Part shown: in pieces, positions 40,766 through 55,500 of the stretch
Numbering within the stretch: the first letter of the stretch is position 1
How the letters are laid out: every line of letters starts with the position of its first letter
DNA from: Phoronis australis
Taxonomy: Eukaryota; Animalia; Phoronida
DNA length: 64,000 nucleotides
Direction of reading: 5' to 3'
Assembly (NCBI GenBank): GCA_002633005.1
Contig: NMRA01000447.1
Coordinates: 157,182-221,181, forward strand
Translations under genes and position numbers: made by a program
Notes under the pieces: generated by a model
What the model saw: the letters and a program-made list of their open reading frames with translations, nothing else
Told to the model about the DNA's origin: nothing
Databases searched by the model: none

Positions 40766-41091
40766 CAGTGGTGGACCTAGGATACATTAAGGGGGCAACA
40801 TGTTGCCTCGGGAATTGGGCAAAGAGCTGTTTTATGTGCACAAGCGGCCCGAAAGTTGCGAGGGGCGGGGGGCGGGGGCCGGGGATGTGAAACTTTTTGT
40901 CCAGGAAATCTATCGGTGGAGTAAAAAAAAAAACGTGAGCACGATTTCGTGCGAGCCGTCCCCCTCGTACGCTACCGGTCCTACTTCCTGAACTCAATAT
41001 TTTCTCACGCGTCACACTTTTGTTGTTTCAGTTTACTTCCGGCAGCCAAGCGGGGGCGAGCTCCCTGGGTCTCCCCCTAAATCCGCCTATG
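40766..41091 (+). mobile_element. CAGTGG(C/T)GGA..AATCCGCCTATG MITE copy
   Basis: Same termini as 11811-12723; flanks GCCAT/ACCAT (4/5 match). Confidence 0.7.
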
Positions 41092-42244
41092 ACCATTTCA
41101 GTAAGGCTGAATAGCCAGCAAAAGATAACTTTGGAAAATGTATACCGACTAATGTATCTTCAATGCAAGTGTTACTGAAGACACTAAATTCACAGGCCGG
41201 CTTCTGCCGATTTTTGCTTCTTCTGAATACTCATCATCAGCGCAAAACAAACAAACAGCGAAATAGTTTACCAACGCTATACATGTACACAAGTACGCAC
41301 AACTTACATTTGTTCCTCTGATCTTCTATCGAACACACCTATTATCGGTGGGCAACTTGAGCATTGAGCGTGTGTCCGTGAAAAAGCTTAAGTGTCTGAC
41401 AATGACGGGTGTGTCCGATAGAAACTCCTGGAATTAATGTAAATTACTGGTACATGTGTATGATAGCACTGGTCAGTTATTGCACAGTGTGCCAACAGAT
41501 ATAGAGTTTGAAGGTGCCAGCGTTGTGTTCCATATCATTATGAGGTAGAGACATTTTACTATCAACTTAATTGACGAATTCCGTTCTTGGCAAATTTCTC
41601 CTACTCGGGACCCAAAACGCTGGTCAGAGAAAAAGTATTTAGTGAGTGGCGGAGACACTAATTGACTTTAAGCTGGTTGTTAGTAAAAAATTCCTTCTTA
41701 TGAGCCAATAAAGCTGTGTTGTGCATACTGTTGTAACTAGATATCGTGAACTTTTTGAATGGTCAAGAGAAATCCTGAAATGACTGAGTGCGTTTTTACA
41801 TTTGTCTAATGTCCTATTTCATCTTGTTTCAGGAAAAGTGTGTATTGTGAATTAGAAATTAAACTTGCTGATCATTATACTGGTGACTTTTTGCAAGTGA
41901 CTTACGGAAACTTAATGGTCTCATCGACAACCAAGACACTGTCTAAATAAGCCCACCAGTGGACACTAAAAAAATCAAATGCAGTCCTGCGTGGAACAGC
42001 TTTTTCCGCCATCAGTGAGCACCTATAGAATTGTCATCGAACACGCAAGCGCCAAAAAGCTATTGGAAGCTAGTAGCTACGCGTGAGGGCGCTTGTTTGA
42101 AGCGATGCGATCAGACATACATGTACATGTACATGTACTACATGTAAGCTTGATATGGGAATGAGCTGGCGTCAATCAGTGGGCTCAAAGGCATTGAACC
42201 GCAAGATACACCGCAACATACTTGGACCAATTTCGGACAATATG

Positions 42245-42563
42245 CAGTGGCGGATTTAGGGCGGGGGGGCAAGAGGGCCATGCCCCCCTAAAATTCTCCC
42301 AGATACCATTTGGCAGTTAGGGGTGCGAATTGCCGACTAGTATATGCGCGCGCCCAGGGGTGCTCGGGGAACGAATGCACGATGCATAGACCTTGAACAA
42401 ACCCCGTATACCGTTTTCTTATTTTTTAGTAATAAGGTCCATAAACCAAAAAAAATTGAGACCCCTACATCCTTACATTTAAGGCTGGGCGCGCGCGTGT
42501 GGCGAAATTCTGGTTATTCCTGTGCCCTGGCCCCCCTGACTCAAAACCCTGGATCCGCCCCTG
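42245..42563. mobile_element. CAGTGGCGGAT..GGATCCGCCCCTG MITE with 5-bp TSD ATATG
   Basis: ATATG|CAGTGGCGGATTTAGG ... CCTGGATCCGCCCCTG|ATATG. Confidence 0.85.
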
Positions 42564-45500
42564 ATATGACGCTAGTGGTAACAGAGCCAGTAAAATATCA
42601 CCCTAAGGGATCGTAGCGTTGCTGTAGTACGATAAAAATAACTTCCGTCATATTGTCTTTATAGGGCAGACATTGACTACGCATGGAGCGCGTGCGTGAC
42701 GCGACGCCTTTTTGTCAGAACTAGGCCTACCTACTTAGGTTGTTTAGTCCAAATTTATTGCCCGGAGGATGGGAGGTCATGAATGCGTTGCAAAAGGGTC
42801 ATCATGGAAAGCAGTCCTTATCACTGATGTGGCTACCTTCGTTACAAATAATTATGGCCGGCAACCAGTTATTCAATTTTCAGTCAGTAAAAACCCGAAA
42901 TCGTGTGTGTACATGATGACCTTCATAATAAATATTCAACACCCCAGAATGGATTTTGTAAACGTTGAAATTCTCACGCCGCTCTGCAGTTTTACATGTA
43001 GGTTAACAAAACCCACAGTCATGCTACTGCGATTCTCTTACTTGTTAAGCCCCGGTGCACACGTCTCAATATACATATGTCAAAAATAAAAAAGAACCTA
43101 CGCAAAACCTTATTTGAAAGAGACCGCGTAATAAAATTGATGTCAACGCGTACTAGCCGAATTCTGCTTCAGTTAGAACAAAGACGACGTTATGAAATGC
43201 ATCTGGTCAGATGGCGATGTACAGTGTAGCTCATGCGCAGGGCCCCAGCGACATACCTCGGTGACATCATATAATCAGCATTGTCGATGGAGTAGTTCAA
43301 TTAGGCAGTGATCTGCATTAAATAGCACGGATTTAATGCAGTGATATAATTTCCGAGCGTTTTCATGAAGTTCTTGCGACGAACATGCAGTCAAATTACC
43401 CTTACTGCTCTGTGGAGCAGTGGTGCGATATTCAACAAAAGTTTAAATGAATGAATGGGTTTGCGTTTCATCCATAAGAACTGACACACTCATGCATAGT
43501 AGAACTAGAGATTGCAAGATATTTTTGTGCTCTCGCAACTCTAAAAAAAAGAGTTGTATGTAGAATATTCCACATTCATGGAAGAACGCCAGGTGGAGCT
43601 GCTTGTTGGCACATTGATGAACACTAGTTTGTGCAAATACATTTATTCTAAAAGTGACTAACATAATCTAAAAACAGTTGTGAGCATTGCCATCAAAACT
43701 GCAATCTACGTGTAATACCACTCCTATCAGAAACTAAACGTGTACACTATCCACCAAAAACCTACAGACGTGGATTTACCCAGTAGCATAGCAAGTGAAG
43801 AGTTCTAAACTATCACCAGCCGCAACAAACATTTCCGCCAAGGTCTCCAAATGTGATAATTTGAAAAAAGAACACGCATTTTATATTTAGGTTCAAAGGT
43901 AGCGATGGAGGTATCTTCTTGAAAGATACTAGCCACTCTTACTAGATCAAAAATTGCAACGACAACAACGTAGCTATTAACACAATATCTACTACTTCCT
44001 ACAACATACAGTACTTATATTACAAACTTTTGACATGATTAGGGGCAGTCGAAAAACATTTTATACATTCACCTCGCACAACACTAAACTAAACTAAACT
44101 AAACAACCAATTGTTAGGTAGTGAATTGTGTAAACCTAAAATACTGCTGGCTCAGGATTTAATATAAAGGCCTTGGACTACGTTAAAATAATCGTGCAAC
44201 GCGAGCTATATCTCAGCTGATTATCAGTTTCTGAACGAAAACAGCTTTGTTAGTGACTACAAATGCATATGTACACAATAGCACTGGTTCAACAAGTGTT
44301 TGATCATCTCGGTTGTTACGAATGACCTTTTATCGAAATCTAAATTTACTATTTCTACATTAAATTGTTGTCGTGCGGTTTTTGCAAATACATGTGCGAA
44401 TGACCGACCTGGCATGGAATACATCTGATGAACAGGTGTTTGAAAAGAACCTCCCTTCGCAATAAAACTAAGTAAAACTTGAATCTATAGCAAGAAATTA
44501 AAACCACACACAGGAGCAAAAGAAGCAAATCTACAAACTATATTTTACTTTTTGTTAGAGGAATAATCGAAATTCTAAAACGCCATCACCCTGGTTATGA
44601 TGCAGACAAATCTAGTGTTACATAAAAACTACCATCTAAGCAACTATATGCCACTCTTGAGTGCAAACAATACAGGTAATGTTTCACGCTAATGAAATAA
44701 TGTAACGTCTGCAAACACTACATGTACGTGTATCACCGCACAAAGATTCCGAAAGTGACGTGTAAGATACAAAAACTTCCCATCCAAGCAACTAAATCTA
44801 AAGGAAGTGTAATAATTCACACGGCTAAAACCTACGTGTACTGTTCTATTTCATTCTAGTCCAATGCTAAACAACAGCTTTACAACAAAAATACGTCACA
44901 ACTTAGGCAAATTACATGCCAGGTAAGATATAAGGTACGAACTACTTTGTTCTTAGACTCATCGTGGCAGTAATCACGTCTAAACTAGGATGACACAGCC
45001 AGTTGGTAAGTGAGGGGGCGGAGCCTCGGCTGATTGGCATTGCCATGACTGTCAACGAGTTCCACAGTATGGAGACTGGAACGACGACTCGGAAGAGGAC
45101 ATGGAGTGAATCCAAGCAATCCTGAAATTTTAATGCACAGGTTCACACGTAAACTAGCGGTCTTTTCGATGACTAACTGAGCCATTTCAACTGGGGCATT
45201 CCGTTACGTTATCCTGTAATGGTTGTAAGTCATTGTCGAGTCACTTTTCGTAAACAACTGCGATTTTGCAGTCATTTTTCCAGTTCATAAAAAGTAAAAT
45301 TGATGAGTACATTTGTTCCCCAAAATGAATTCAAAGAATATTTCTACGACTAACTGGACAGGCGGCGTCCATGTAATTACACATGTCCATGTGAAACCTA
45401 CAGCACATTAAATTGGTACCAAAACGAGTAACGTATAAATATCCGAAATTATACCATTTTTACCGTGTATTTCATATTGCCATTCATATTTTGCCATTCG

Positions 45501-45582
45501 CTTTTTAAAGCCCGTGCAAGGTTATGAGAAGCCGTGAAAAAGGCCAAAGTAATTATTTCCACAAACTACGATAGTCTCTTAC

Positions 45583-45737
45583 CTCCGCTTAGCTCAAAGA
45601 TACAATGCAAGCTATTGGTGATGCCATCCAACAGAGCGAAGATCAGTCAGATGCCCAGAGCAGCAGTCAGCTCGGTATAAACCACGCCCTCCTCACGCCC
45701 ACCGGCGTGCAGGTGTGCCTCCTTGGCGTGCTACGCC
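45583..45737 (-). ncRNA. Candidate internal exon of a spliced non-coding transcript
   Basis: Strong acceptor ttcgttctctttcag| and donor GAG|gtaaga, but stops in all three frames. Partner donor at 46292 and acceptor at 45121. Confidence 0.35.
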
Positions 45738-47717
45738 CTGAAAGAGAACGAAACGAAAATCCTTCAACGTCTTAAACTGCATTTCTGCAGTGTTCAGCAA
45801 TAAACAAGAGCATAGAAACCATCAGTGCCTAAGTCAAGAAAATGATTTAATTGGGACTGGCCAATCCTAAAGTTGCAAATTCGAAAATGGCGCATGTCCG
45901 CTAAGTTGTCAACAATTTAAAGTGGGCTGAGCGTGGTAGAACCCAAAGCTTTTTGGTTAAAAATTCAACCTTGACACTTGACGTCGAAATTCACCGTATA
46001 TGTTTAAACGGTGTACGACAATATTAAAATTTTTGAAATTATGACTAGAGTTGTGTGGAAAGTGAACAATTCTGATTCGAACCCAAAAGGATTTCCAATT
46101 ATATGGATTTTAAAGATTTTGGAGTTACATAGCTTTCGTTACTCAAATAAAGCATTGCATGTTTCTATCCCAATTGGTTAAAGTTTCAACTCAACGTGAA
46201 GCTTCTCATTTTTTAACATTTGGACATCTGAATACAGCAGACAAAGCACACTTGGCCTACTCTAAACAAAAGAAAATGTGCTACCACTCACCTCACGGCT
46301 CTCCACCACAAATGACAGTTGCGTAGTTTCAAACAAGCAATAAGCATACGAATATAGTTCACTTTTTTCAAATGCAAATTAGAAACCAGCACACAATAAA
46401 CGTACCATAGCGTGCCGGTAGACAAAGCCGTTCATTGGTGAAAACCAGTGAGATCACGTGCTCTACATACGTGCACATTTACCGGAGACTTTCCCGCCAA
46501 ACTTACTCGATTGCCTCATGGAAAGCACACCGACTAAATCGAGCAATGGATGGGACTTCACAATGCAAAAATGTTGGCAATGCAAAGTCACAAACCTTTC
46601 ATGGCGCCATAAAAACACGTTTTCATTTCTCCCTGCCTTGTTGCGTATTTATTGTGATTTTATTTACGCGGTGCTGGCACTCAGGAATGTGCATCACCGT
46701 CATGCTAGTAACAGCTTTTTATATTAATGACCATGTGTACTGTATGTACAAATTTCGGCCATGTTGTTCATGCTACTTTTTAGCTACAAATAAAATTTTT
46801 GATTAAAAAATACTAAAAAGACATTTTCACGTGACGCAATGAATAGCAGATTGGTATACATTAAACAAAATTAAAACTTACAGCTTTTTGAAAATATATT
46901 GAATTTCATAAATTATTCAATTTCTTCCTTTTCACAAACGTTCCCATGTAATAGACAAGAGCAATTACGCTGAGCGTTGAAATGCGCCCACGACTGCACC
47001 GCAATTGATGTGCTTCTAGGGGTGTTTAGTTGTTCTGTGCAAATGGCCATTGGATGGCTCAGAATACATTGAACCTATCCAAAAATTGGAAGATGTCGTC
47101 ATCTCTCAAATTTATTTGGCAAAGTTTATGAAAATCCTACAAAGAACTCCAAAAATACAAAGGAAAACGTAAAAAATCAAACAGCAATTAGGAACCACAT
47201 TAGTAGTAGAATCCATCCATCTGCTATCAAGTTAATAGAAATACAACTGCAAAATTTCAAAAACATCTTGCAAGGTGTTTAGCAGATTCAACTGTCGCTA
47301 GGAGGCACCACAGTAAATTTCACAGTGCGCATGTACGTTATGCTCTGCGTGATCTTGGAATCCTACCTAATCTCAAGATTAAGCAGAAGTGAGTGTTGCG
47401 TGAACTTGGAATTGAATATTCTTTTAGGCAAAAAGGTGAGATTTTTGTTCGGTGAAAAGAATTTTTGTAATTATTGGCCTAGCGATTAAGCATTTTTTCC
47501 TTCAGCATAACTTGTGTCGCTGAACCGGAGGAATAAAGTGAATGACTATTGTTTGGTGAAACTGATCGCCCGTAGTTGAAGAGGTTGGTTAAAGTTGACA
47601 TTATTTTATTCAATTAATGTAACTTGATTTAGTGCAGTGCAAATTTTTATGAACATGAACGCGATTATTTGAGTGAACTTGTCAAGTTGCCTCGCGTTCC
47701 GGTATTCCAAGTTTACG

Positions 47718-47980
47718 TCTCTTCTCTTCTTCTCTTCTTCTCTTCTTCTCTTCTATGCGTTGTCCATCCACTGCAGGATGTAGCCCTCCGACAATGCCTT
47801 CCAACTTGTTCTGTTTCTTGCTGCTCTCATGTTGTGCCCATCGTTTTCACGATGTCATCTCTCCATCTGGCTTGGTGCTGTCCTCTCTCCATATCTGGGT
47901 TGCCACTCTGTGCATCTTTTTGCCTTGTGTCCATCTGTTGTCCTGTGCTCTGGCCACGTGTCCGCCCCACCTCCATTTCA
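47718..47980 (-). mobile_element. 5'-truncated RTE-clade LINE 3' end with (AGAAG)n tail
   Basis: KWRWGGHVARAQDNRWT..EWQPR..RWRDDIVKTMG..RAARNRTSWKALSEGYILQWMDNA*, followed directly by AGAAG repeats. Confidence 0.88.
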
Positions 47981-50221
47981 ACACTCACTTCCGCTTAATC
48001 TTGAGACTAAGCACGATTCCAAGTTCACGTACAGCCCATTATACATGCGACCCTCGCTGGTTTTGCCGCTAGGTGATCGGTAGCCAGCACGCAGGTATCA
48101 CTTAATTTTCCTAGGGAATTTTTTACACTAGCTTTTCTGATTGGCTAGTCGAATTCTCAACAGGCAGCGCTTTACGCAAACAAATTGGCATGACTGATGG
48201 TGTAATGTGGTTTGTTGTACAGACCAATCAGCGCTTAAAATTCATGTTCAGGTGAAATGTGAATCCTAAAAATTGTGGTTCATGCGCCTTTTCGGAGTGC
48301 TCTTTCTACTGTCGATGACTTTTGTTTACGATACTGTCCTGTATTCATACAGTATGAATACCACACCGGTTAAATCGGCCAGATATGTGTTTATCCTACA
48401 TATGTGTACTTCAAGCACACGGCTATTAAACATCACTACAAAAAAGAAATAGTTGCAGCGACGCCACTTGCATGACAAGGCTAAAAATCGTTCACAGTCC
48501 GCCATTTTGTCACGGTGTTGGAAAGCTAACCAATGGCTGCTGAGGTTACTCCAACCAATGCTAAAGCGCATGCCACTGCGTGATACCTGCGTGCTGGCTA
48601 GGCACGTAGGGAACCAGCGAGCATGCAACCTAGCCGTGACACCTGGGCGAAAAAATACTAAGGTAATCCAAAATATGTTTTCTTTGGCAATAATGCATTT
48701 AATTTCTTATTTTAAAATGTTTAGGGAACTCGTATACTATTGTGATAGCTAATTAAGGATATTTGATATTAGAAAATCTTTAAGAATAAACCGTAAATAT
48801 ACCTGGCGGACATTTTTACTTCTAATTCAGTAGCAGAGATCCACTTTGAATAGTGCAGATCAGTCTGTTTTTTACATCGTATGCCATAATAACGGCACGA
48901 AATCGTAACAGTGGAACAGCTTGTACAATTATCACCTTGTTTGGCGCCAGAAAAGCAGGTTAGCAGCGATAATTTAATTTTAGACCTACACGTGTTGCTA
49001 ATCGTTTATGCAGACGCAAATTTATGTGAACAAAACATGATTTCGTTACTTTGAAAACGTTTACAATCGGTCAACATGATACAGAAGAGACGCATAAACA
49101 AAGATGTCCATGTACATGTATAAGGCGGAGAGGGGTGGAGATTGGCGAAATTACGGACAATTCGAGCAAAATAAGAAATGTTCATGCCGAGCGGGATCGG
49201 TTGTTAAATGTGGTGAAGACGTTACAAAAGCCACTGACTGCCAAACACATGTAAGAGAGTTGAATTAGCATTAATAAATAAAACATGGGTCACTCAGCTA
49301 TTCACGCGGGGCAGTTGAGTAAAGTTCCACTTTCTTAATCAAATCACCAAACATTTTTCCATTCAAATCCTTGTCTCAAAGGTTAATCTATTTCAAAAAC
49401 TTGCCACGTTAAGTAACTTGCGACATGGCGTAATGTTTATTCAGTCCTATTGCAAGTCCTGTGACCTAAAACGGGGGAAATAAGTGAAATTCGCACTTAT
49501 GCAAACAACTTTGAGGAGAATTTTGGACTACAAAAATACCCGAGGTGAGCGATTTTATTTGTGACGGCCACAGCAACAGTCGCTTCAATCCACCTTGATC
49601 TCTTTTTGTGTTACCTCATATGACTCTGGTGTTAGCCATAAAGTGGAGCGCATTCATCAAAACGGCTATTGCCGGGGAGTGTCATCACCTTACTAGTCTG
49701 TGTAGAGGTGCGCATTTGGTCCCATTACAAGTTGTGTGCGCTTATAAATCTCGTTTAAGTTCGGAGTCTACAATATACCTTTACTCTCTTAATCTCTGTG
49801 ATAGCGCCACCTCTGGAGGAGAATGACCCTATAAAAGGTTTGTGACTGACACGCAGAAATTCGTATGAGGGCATCATTTGGATTTTTGTAACAGAAAAGT
49901 ATAGTTGGTTAATTTGACGCCCTTGCTCTCTGCAAGCGTGTCACTTTCGTTGAATGCATCGATGAGTCTGTCGTAAAAACAGCCACAACCCAAAAGGGTG
50001 TTTCTCAATACTTAGAACAGTAAATTTCTCGACATCTACCAATCGAAAGTAACAAACGCCTTTTCCACCCAATCCTGTCCGAATGTTACTTCGTTCTGTT
50101 AATTAACGAGAACCCATCGGCCATCATTCTTTCACCGCAGTGCTATATAACCCTCATAATGCTGTCGTTTAACGATGCACTCTGGCCACGCCTACTATAG
50201 TTACTGCTGCGACGATCCCAG

Positions 50222-50613
50222 TGGCCGGTTGCATGAAACAGTCCCAAACAGGGACTCAGCTAAGGTCCCTAAGTCTTTTTGTATATTTGCGTCTTTAAGG
50301 ACTAACAGATGCAATATTTTTCATCTTTATTATGAGCTCTTCTTTGATAAATTACATTTTCTAATAATATAACTAAAACAGAGCCCAGAGTTCATTGAAA
50401 ATAATTAGGGACTCAGTCCTTAACTTGATTTGTGGATGTGGCATGAAAACATCCCTAATATTGACAATTCAACGTAGAGTTCACTCTCGATTGGTATCAT
50501 CAAAGTCAAAAGTTGACTTAATACAAGAAAGGGCAATCGATGTTTTCACAATGCGCATTAGATTTAGGGAACGTGTCGAGTCCCTGTTTGGGACTATTTC
50601 ATGCAACCGGGCA
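50222..50613. mobile_element. PIF/Harbinger-like MITE
   Basis: 36-bp TIR TGGCCGGTTGCATGAAACAGTCCCAAACAGGGACTC (2 mismatches) with 3-bp TSD CAG on both sides. Confidence 0.85.
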
Positions 50614-52499
50614 CAGAAGCACAAATACAATATGGCATGCGTACCACACCAATAAATTTTCCGCGTTGTGTTTTCCATACTTCACAGAGCTTCATTATAG
50701 GAAAAAGGGTCCTGGAGAATGAAACAAATTGTTGATACCTAATTGTGTATCCACGATTGAAAAGCATTTGAGCCCCGACAGCCAAGCTTCATTCACAGAT
50801 ATCATCAATTCTAACGAGAACCGCTTACCGCCGGGAGGAAACAAGAGGTGTGACAAGAATCTGGTAAGCTATGTCACAGCACAATTGATGGTGGGAACTT
50901 TTTCGACGCGATTTGATAGTGTTTGGAAGTTTTGTTAGCTGTGTATCCATTGCCATAGACAGGTGTGATGAAGCAATGAAGTGTTTTTGGTTGTCCATCA
51001 TATGCCCACGTTTCTGTTAGTCATAATAATGAGCATATATTTGTGAAACATTATGCAGGTCATTTTTCATCGCTTTGTTCTTGTTTAATCTTTTGACGTA
51101 TATTCATGTGATTGTGAAGTTTTCTACTTTCATCAACGACTGAGGCTCTTTTTTGAATTCCTCGTTCACTTCCGCTTCAAACGCGTGGTAAAACCATCTT
51201 AGTGTACGCTTTCGTTCGCAACCAGTGTTTGTGGAAGACTGACCGTCGTTGTAATTACATATTCCTATACCCTTTTCGACTGATTATTTATGTCGGAACT
51301 GGAAGACAGAATTCCTCAACCGGTGTCCCGCTGCTGGTCGAGATTTCTTGCCCCTGAATCCTATTTTCGACCGGCGACTAGTTTCTCTGCCGCAAAGTCC
51401 ATGTTCTTTTAGTTGGCGAAATGCAGCAAGGTGACACTATCCAGTTAGTCTGGGAATTTACATTCAGGATCTAGTGTTGGCTTATCATAGTATTGGCAGA
51501 GAATTGGTGATCTGGGGTTGAAAACCGTTAATTCTGTCACCTTTTTTACCCTCGCTTTATATTTCGCTAGAAGTGACGGGGCTAGAATAAAATTTATGTG
51601 GTTTTATTTAGCGGTTTTGATGTAAAACGACTCACAACTTTTCATTTTGTACAAAGACTTTTCGACAGAGTGCAAAAAGGCAGCGAGTCCGAGTGACGTG
51701 TTCACTGCCATGCAAAGCCCAGTGCATAGACTCTATTCACGCGGCGGACATTAAAATCCAAAGCGAGGCTCACTGCGATAAACAAAGCGGAAATTTACAT
51801 TGCGTGAGTTAAATGGCCGGTCTTTGGAGTCCAACCTGAATATTAAATCTAAAAAAATGTGTCAATAATTAACAACAGAGACGTAGAAAAATACAGTTAA
51901 AGAACAAGTCAATGCACCAAAGAGTTGTCTGACGAAAGGATATAGTTTTTTTTCCGGAAAACTAGGTTCGAAACATGAAATGTAACATGACCAAATTGCG
52001 GCGATCGAAGTGTTACGGATTAGGTATCATGCTGAATGCAGGGTTACGTTTCTTCTAATAAATTCTTGATAAAAATGCTCTCTGCACGAACCAGGTCATC
52101 TGGTCGTATTGTTGACGAGTTGAAGATATATTCGGCAGTGGTGGCTCATAGCATTTTGCTGTTATGTGCAATTAGTCTCATCTGGTTTAATTTGTTGACC
52201 AAGTAGGCCTATTAGCTTCAAGCACAGCCTAGGTCCTGGTGAGGTAGGCACTACCGGGTCTAACACTTGATTTGTGATTGATCTGAAATAATACTTGATG
52301 TTATTAAATATANCGATTGTATGCACGCAGGCGGCCCGGAAGTTGCGGGCGCCGAGAATGTGTACCTTTTGCTCAGGAAATCTGTCGTTGGACTAAAAAA
52401 ATTAATAAAACCGAACGTGTTTCCGCCCTATAGCTCTGAGCGTCCGCAGCTACCGGTCCTAGCTCGAACCCAGAACAAATTTCCTCCCGCTTCACGTTT

Positions 52500-52565
52500 T
52501 GCTGGTTTATTTTGCTTGCGGCAGTCAAGGGGGGGCGGGCCCCTGCCCCCCTAAATCCGCCTATG
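52500..52565 (+). mobile_element. Right end of AATCCGCCTATG MITE family
   Basis: GGGGGGCGGGCCCCTGCCCCCCTAAATCCGCCTATG terminus, as at 41091. Confidence 0.55.
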
Positions 52566-55500
52566 ATTTTGTACTTCTTCAAATTGTCACCTCTGTGGTC
52601 ACAGGTGATTTGAACCGTTGGAGAGAAATTTTCATTCACAAAGGGGATTTTTAGGCCTCGTGGCCGGAAATTTCGCGTGATTTTTCAATATTTTTGAAAA
52701 TGGAATAGGGCCGATATTTGGCCTCAAAATTGACGGATTGAGGGCCCTGTCCTTTTTGTAAAAAAATGCATCGCGCTTCAAACCATAGTCATCGATGAAA
52801 ACACTGCCTGGCGGCATCTAGTCCGATGCGACAAATTATGATTTGAAAACAGTAATAAATTTTACACGGACATATATTCCTTCGTCGCGGCGTATGGCAA
52901 GGACCCAACGCTTCCGAATCCCAACGTCCTTAGGGATTGTAAAACAGAGTGTTTGTATTTTTTCTAGCTGTTCGAGCAACTACGCGCCGGAGTACAGTAC
53001 AACTACGCGGATAAGCCACCAGAGCTATCGTAGCGAGCCTCGTTTTGGAACGCGCCTCCTGTCGGCGTGAATACGGTCTATACGGTACAATGCCTCCCAA
53101 ATTGCTTCAGGGGGCCTGGAATCTTGACGAAAAATGTATCTTCTCCCGTTCCCGACTTGTTCACAAACCCATGGCTAAGCAAAAAAAAATTCACTGAACC
53201 CACTAGCAATAACTACCAACCCTGGCTACCCCGATTTTAGTGCCGGCGTTCAGAACTTCGACTCTGAATCATTGATCATTTATCTATAATGACCAATTTA
53301 AGAAACATACAGTGTTTTTTATATTTTTGGAATCTCTTTGAAATGCGAAAGTAATGACACCTTCAAGTAGCAGGTAAGTCAACTCCAAACAAGGAAACCA
53401 ATTCAGTCAGAAGGCTGTATTTTAGCCTGAAACCCACTGCCGGCGGCCAAGGTCACTCGGTGTGATGTCTTCGCAAATAGATTATATAAACCCTTAATGC
53501 AGTGTGAGTATTAGTATTTGAACTTGGAAAACTCATGTGATGACGTAAACGGGCGGGCAGGGCGCGGTGTTAAATTCAAATAACAGACGGAAGCTTACCG
53601 AAATATCTCGTTGCATAACAACACGTTATCTTGGCTCATCACATAAATAGCGATAAGAACGTTTGGGCCTGCTTCTTCGGTTATGAGTAGCCATAGAAAA
53701 TGTTAAAATTAGCTTACTTCTGAGAACATCATAAGTCAGGCAACTTGGATTCAAATGGAACTTTCAGGTACTGGGATTTATGCACTATTTTCCAAAACGA
53801 GGCCAGTGATTGTTTTTCAATGTTTCACTTTTACGTTAGGTGCTATCAAAGTATAGGACAGACGACTGAGACAAAGTTTTTGATATTCCATTTTGAATAT
53901 TTTTGTATTAGAAAAATTGGCTAATGACTATAAATTTGCTGTGCCGGGACGTACCTTTTTGCGCGATGACCCAGACAATGGTATATTGCAGTAAAATTAA
54001 TCTTTATATTCTACGGGTTTTCTACTTTCCAGCGGCAGCAACCACATATGCAGTTACTTGTTTGAAGTAAAATCCAATGGTTTTGTAGGTATTTGAATAA
54101 AAACTTGGCGATAACGTTATCCAGGACCTTTACGGGACATTATCGGCGAAAAAAGGTGGTTTTCTTTCAAATCGAACTTAGAACCCACAGCTAGTGGTGC
54201 CAGTTCTCACCTGATCAATGGTAGTGTGCTTTAAGCCTATTTTCCTGCAAACTCACCAGCCTCGATTTCAGCGCAGGTCTAGCAGACGAACGGCGATGAT
54301 TTGCGATTTGCAATAAAATCACAAAAACACGACGAATTTTATAACACTGGTCAAAACTAATAACTTCAAGAAGTCTATCCCATCCGACGATAATATCGCA
54401 AAAATGTTTTTCTTCAAAAGCGGTAATCTCCCTTCAAATGAATTAGAAATAGATTCAATTCACAACAATTTTCAAAGCTAATCATTCAATGCTTCTGATT
54501 TTAAATCAACTTTCTGGACACACCTTAAAACATTTTTAATGAAAGTATGTGTCGAATAACTAGGATAATCGTTGACGAAAACGCGCTGAAAAGAACTTCT
54601 TTAGCATACTGTATATGATCATTTTGACTGACTCGCCTCGCGTAGGCAAAACAGAGCTGTCATCACACATAGGATAGACTATACATCTGACTGTTTTGAC
54701 TTTTTGACTCCTGATAAATTTAGGCTCTTGCTGTTTAGAGTTAGACACAGGACTAATTTTGATCATATACCGGTTGTTATAAAAATATCAACAAAAGTTT
54801 ATGAGAACCACAGTTTACAGCTGTGCAGTTCCAGCGCAGATATCGAAAATGTTCAACAAAACTGTAAGGAAATAAGCCGTCATGAAATCTGAAGGACTCC
54901 ATTCACCGTATCTGCGCATTTCGAGTCAACTGGGGCATTTTTCCGAACTTACAAATGAAATTTTCGGATTCTTGGAATACAAAAGGCTTTATTATTCACG
55001 CATGAAACTATTTTTGGAATTCTTATTTCAGAGTGTTTACTTGACATTTTTGGGGCACCTTGTATGTGAATGTCATGAAATAACACATACTACGCCAGTT
55101 GCTGCAACTATACACAATGTACATCCGTGTCACTGGTTAACTGCTGTACTAAGACACTCCGCGGTGAAAAATATGAGGGACAGCTGAGTCCTTCAGTAGT
55201 TCTGATAAACGTTTTACGAAGACAGTGATAAAGATGCTGATATTCATTTCGCCTATTGGATTTTATTCACATAAAACTGGTTCATCGCCGTGACACCATC
55301 CTAGTCCTCGGTGCAGCTGATCTCATATTCCGGGCAATTTTGTTCTGGTTAACCTCCGGATCACTCGGCGTTGTGTGGATCGATGTGAATTTGATCTCTA
55401 TACGCATGCATAAATGCATTTTCAACAAAATTTAAATGCCGCGCACTCTTTTTGGTGATACTCGACTGTTTGATGGCGAGCGTGCATACAGAAAATTAAG

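Noticed and set aside
45690-45710. CGG TGG GCG TGA resembling an antizyme frameshift or Sec codon
   Set aside because: Lacks the UCC-UGA antizyme site; further stops follow; no antizyme or selenoprotein similarity
43000-46400. Conserved bilaterian miRNA hairpins in the candidate lncRNA
   Set aside because: No match to mature miRNA sequences I know; only a short 11-bp hairpin near 43313-43341
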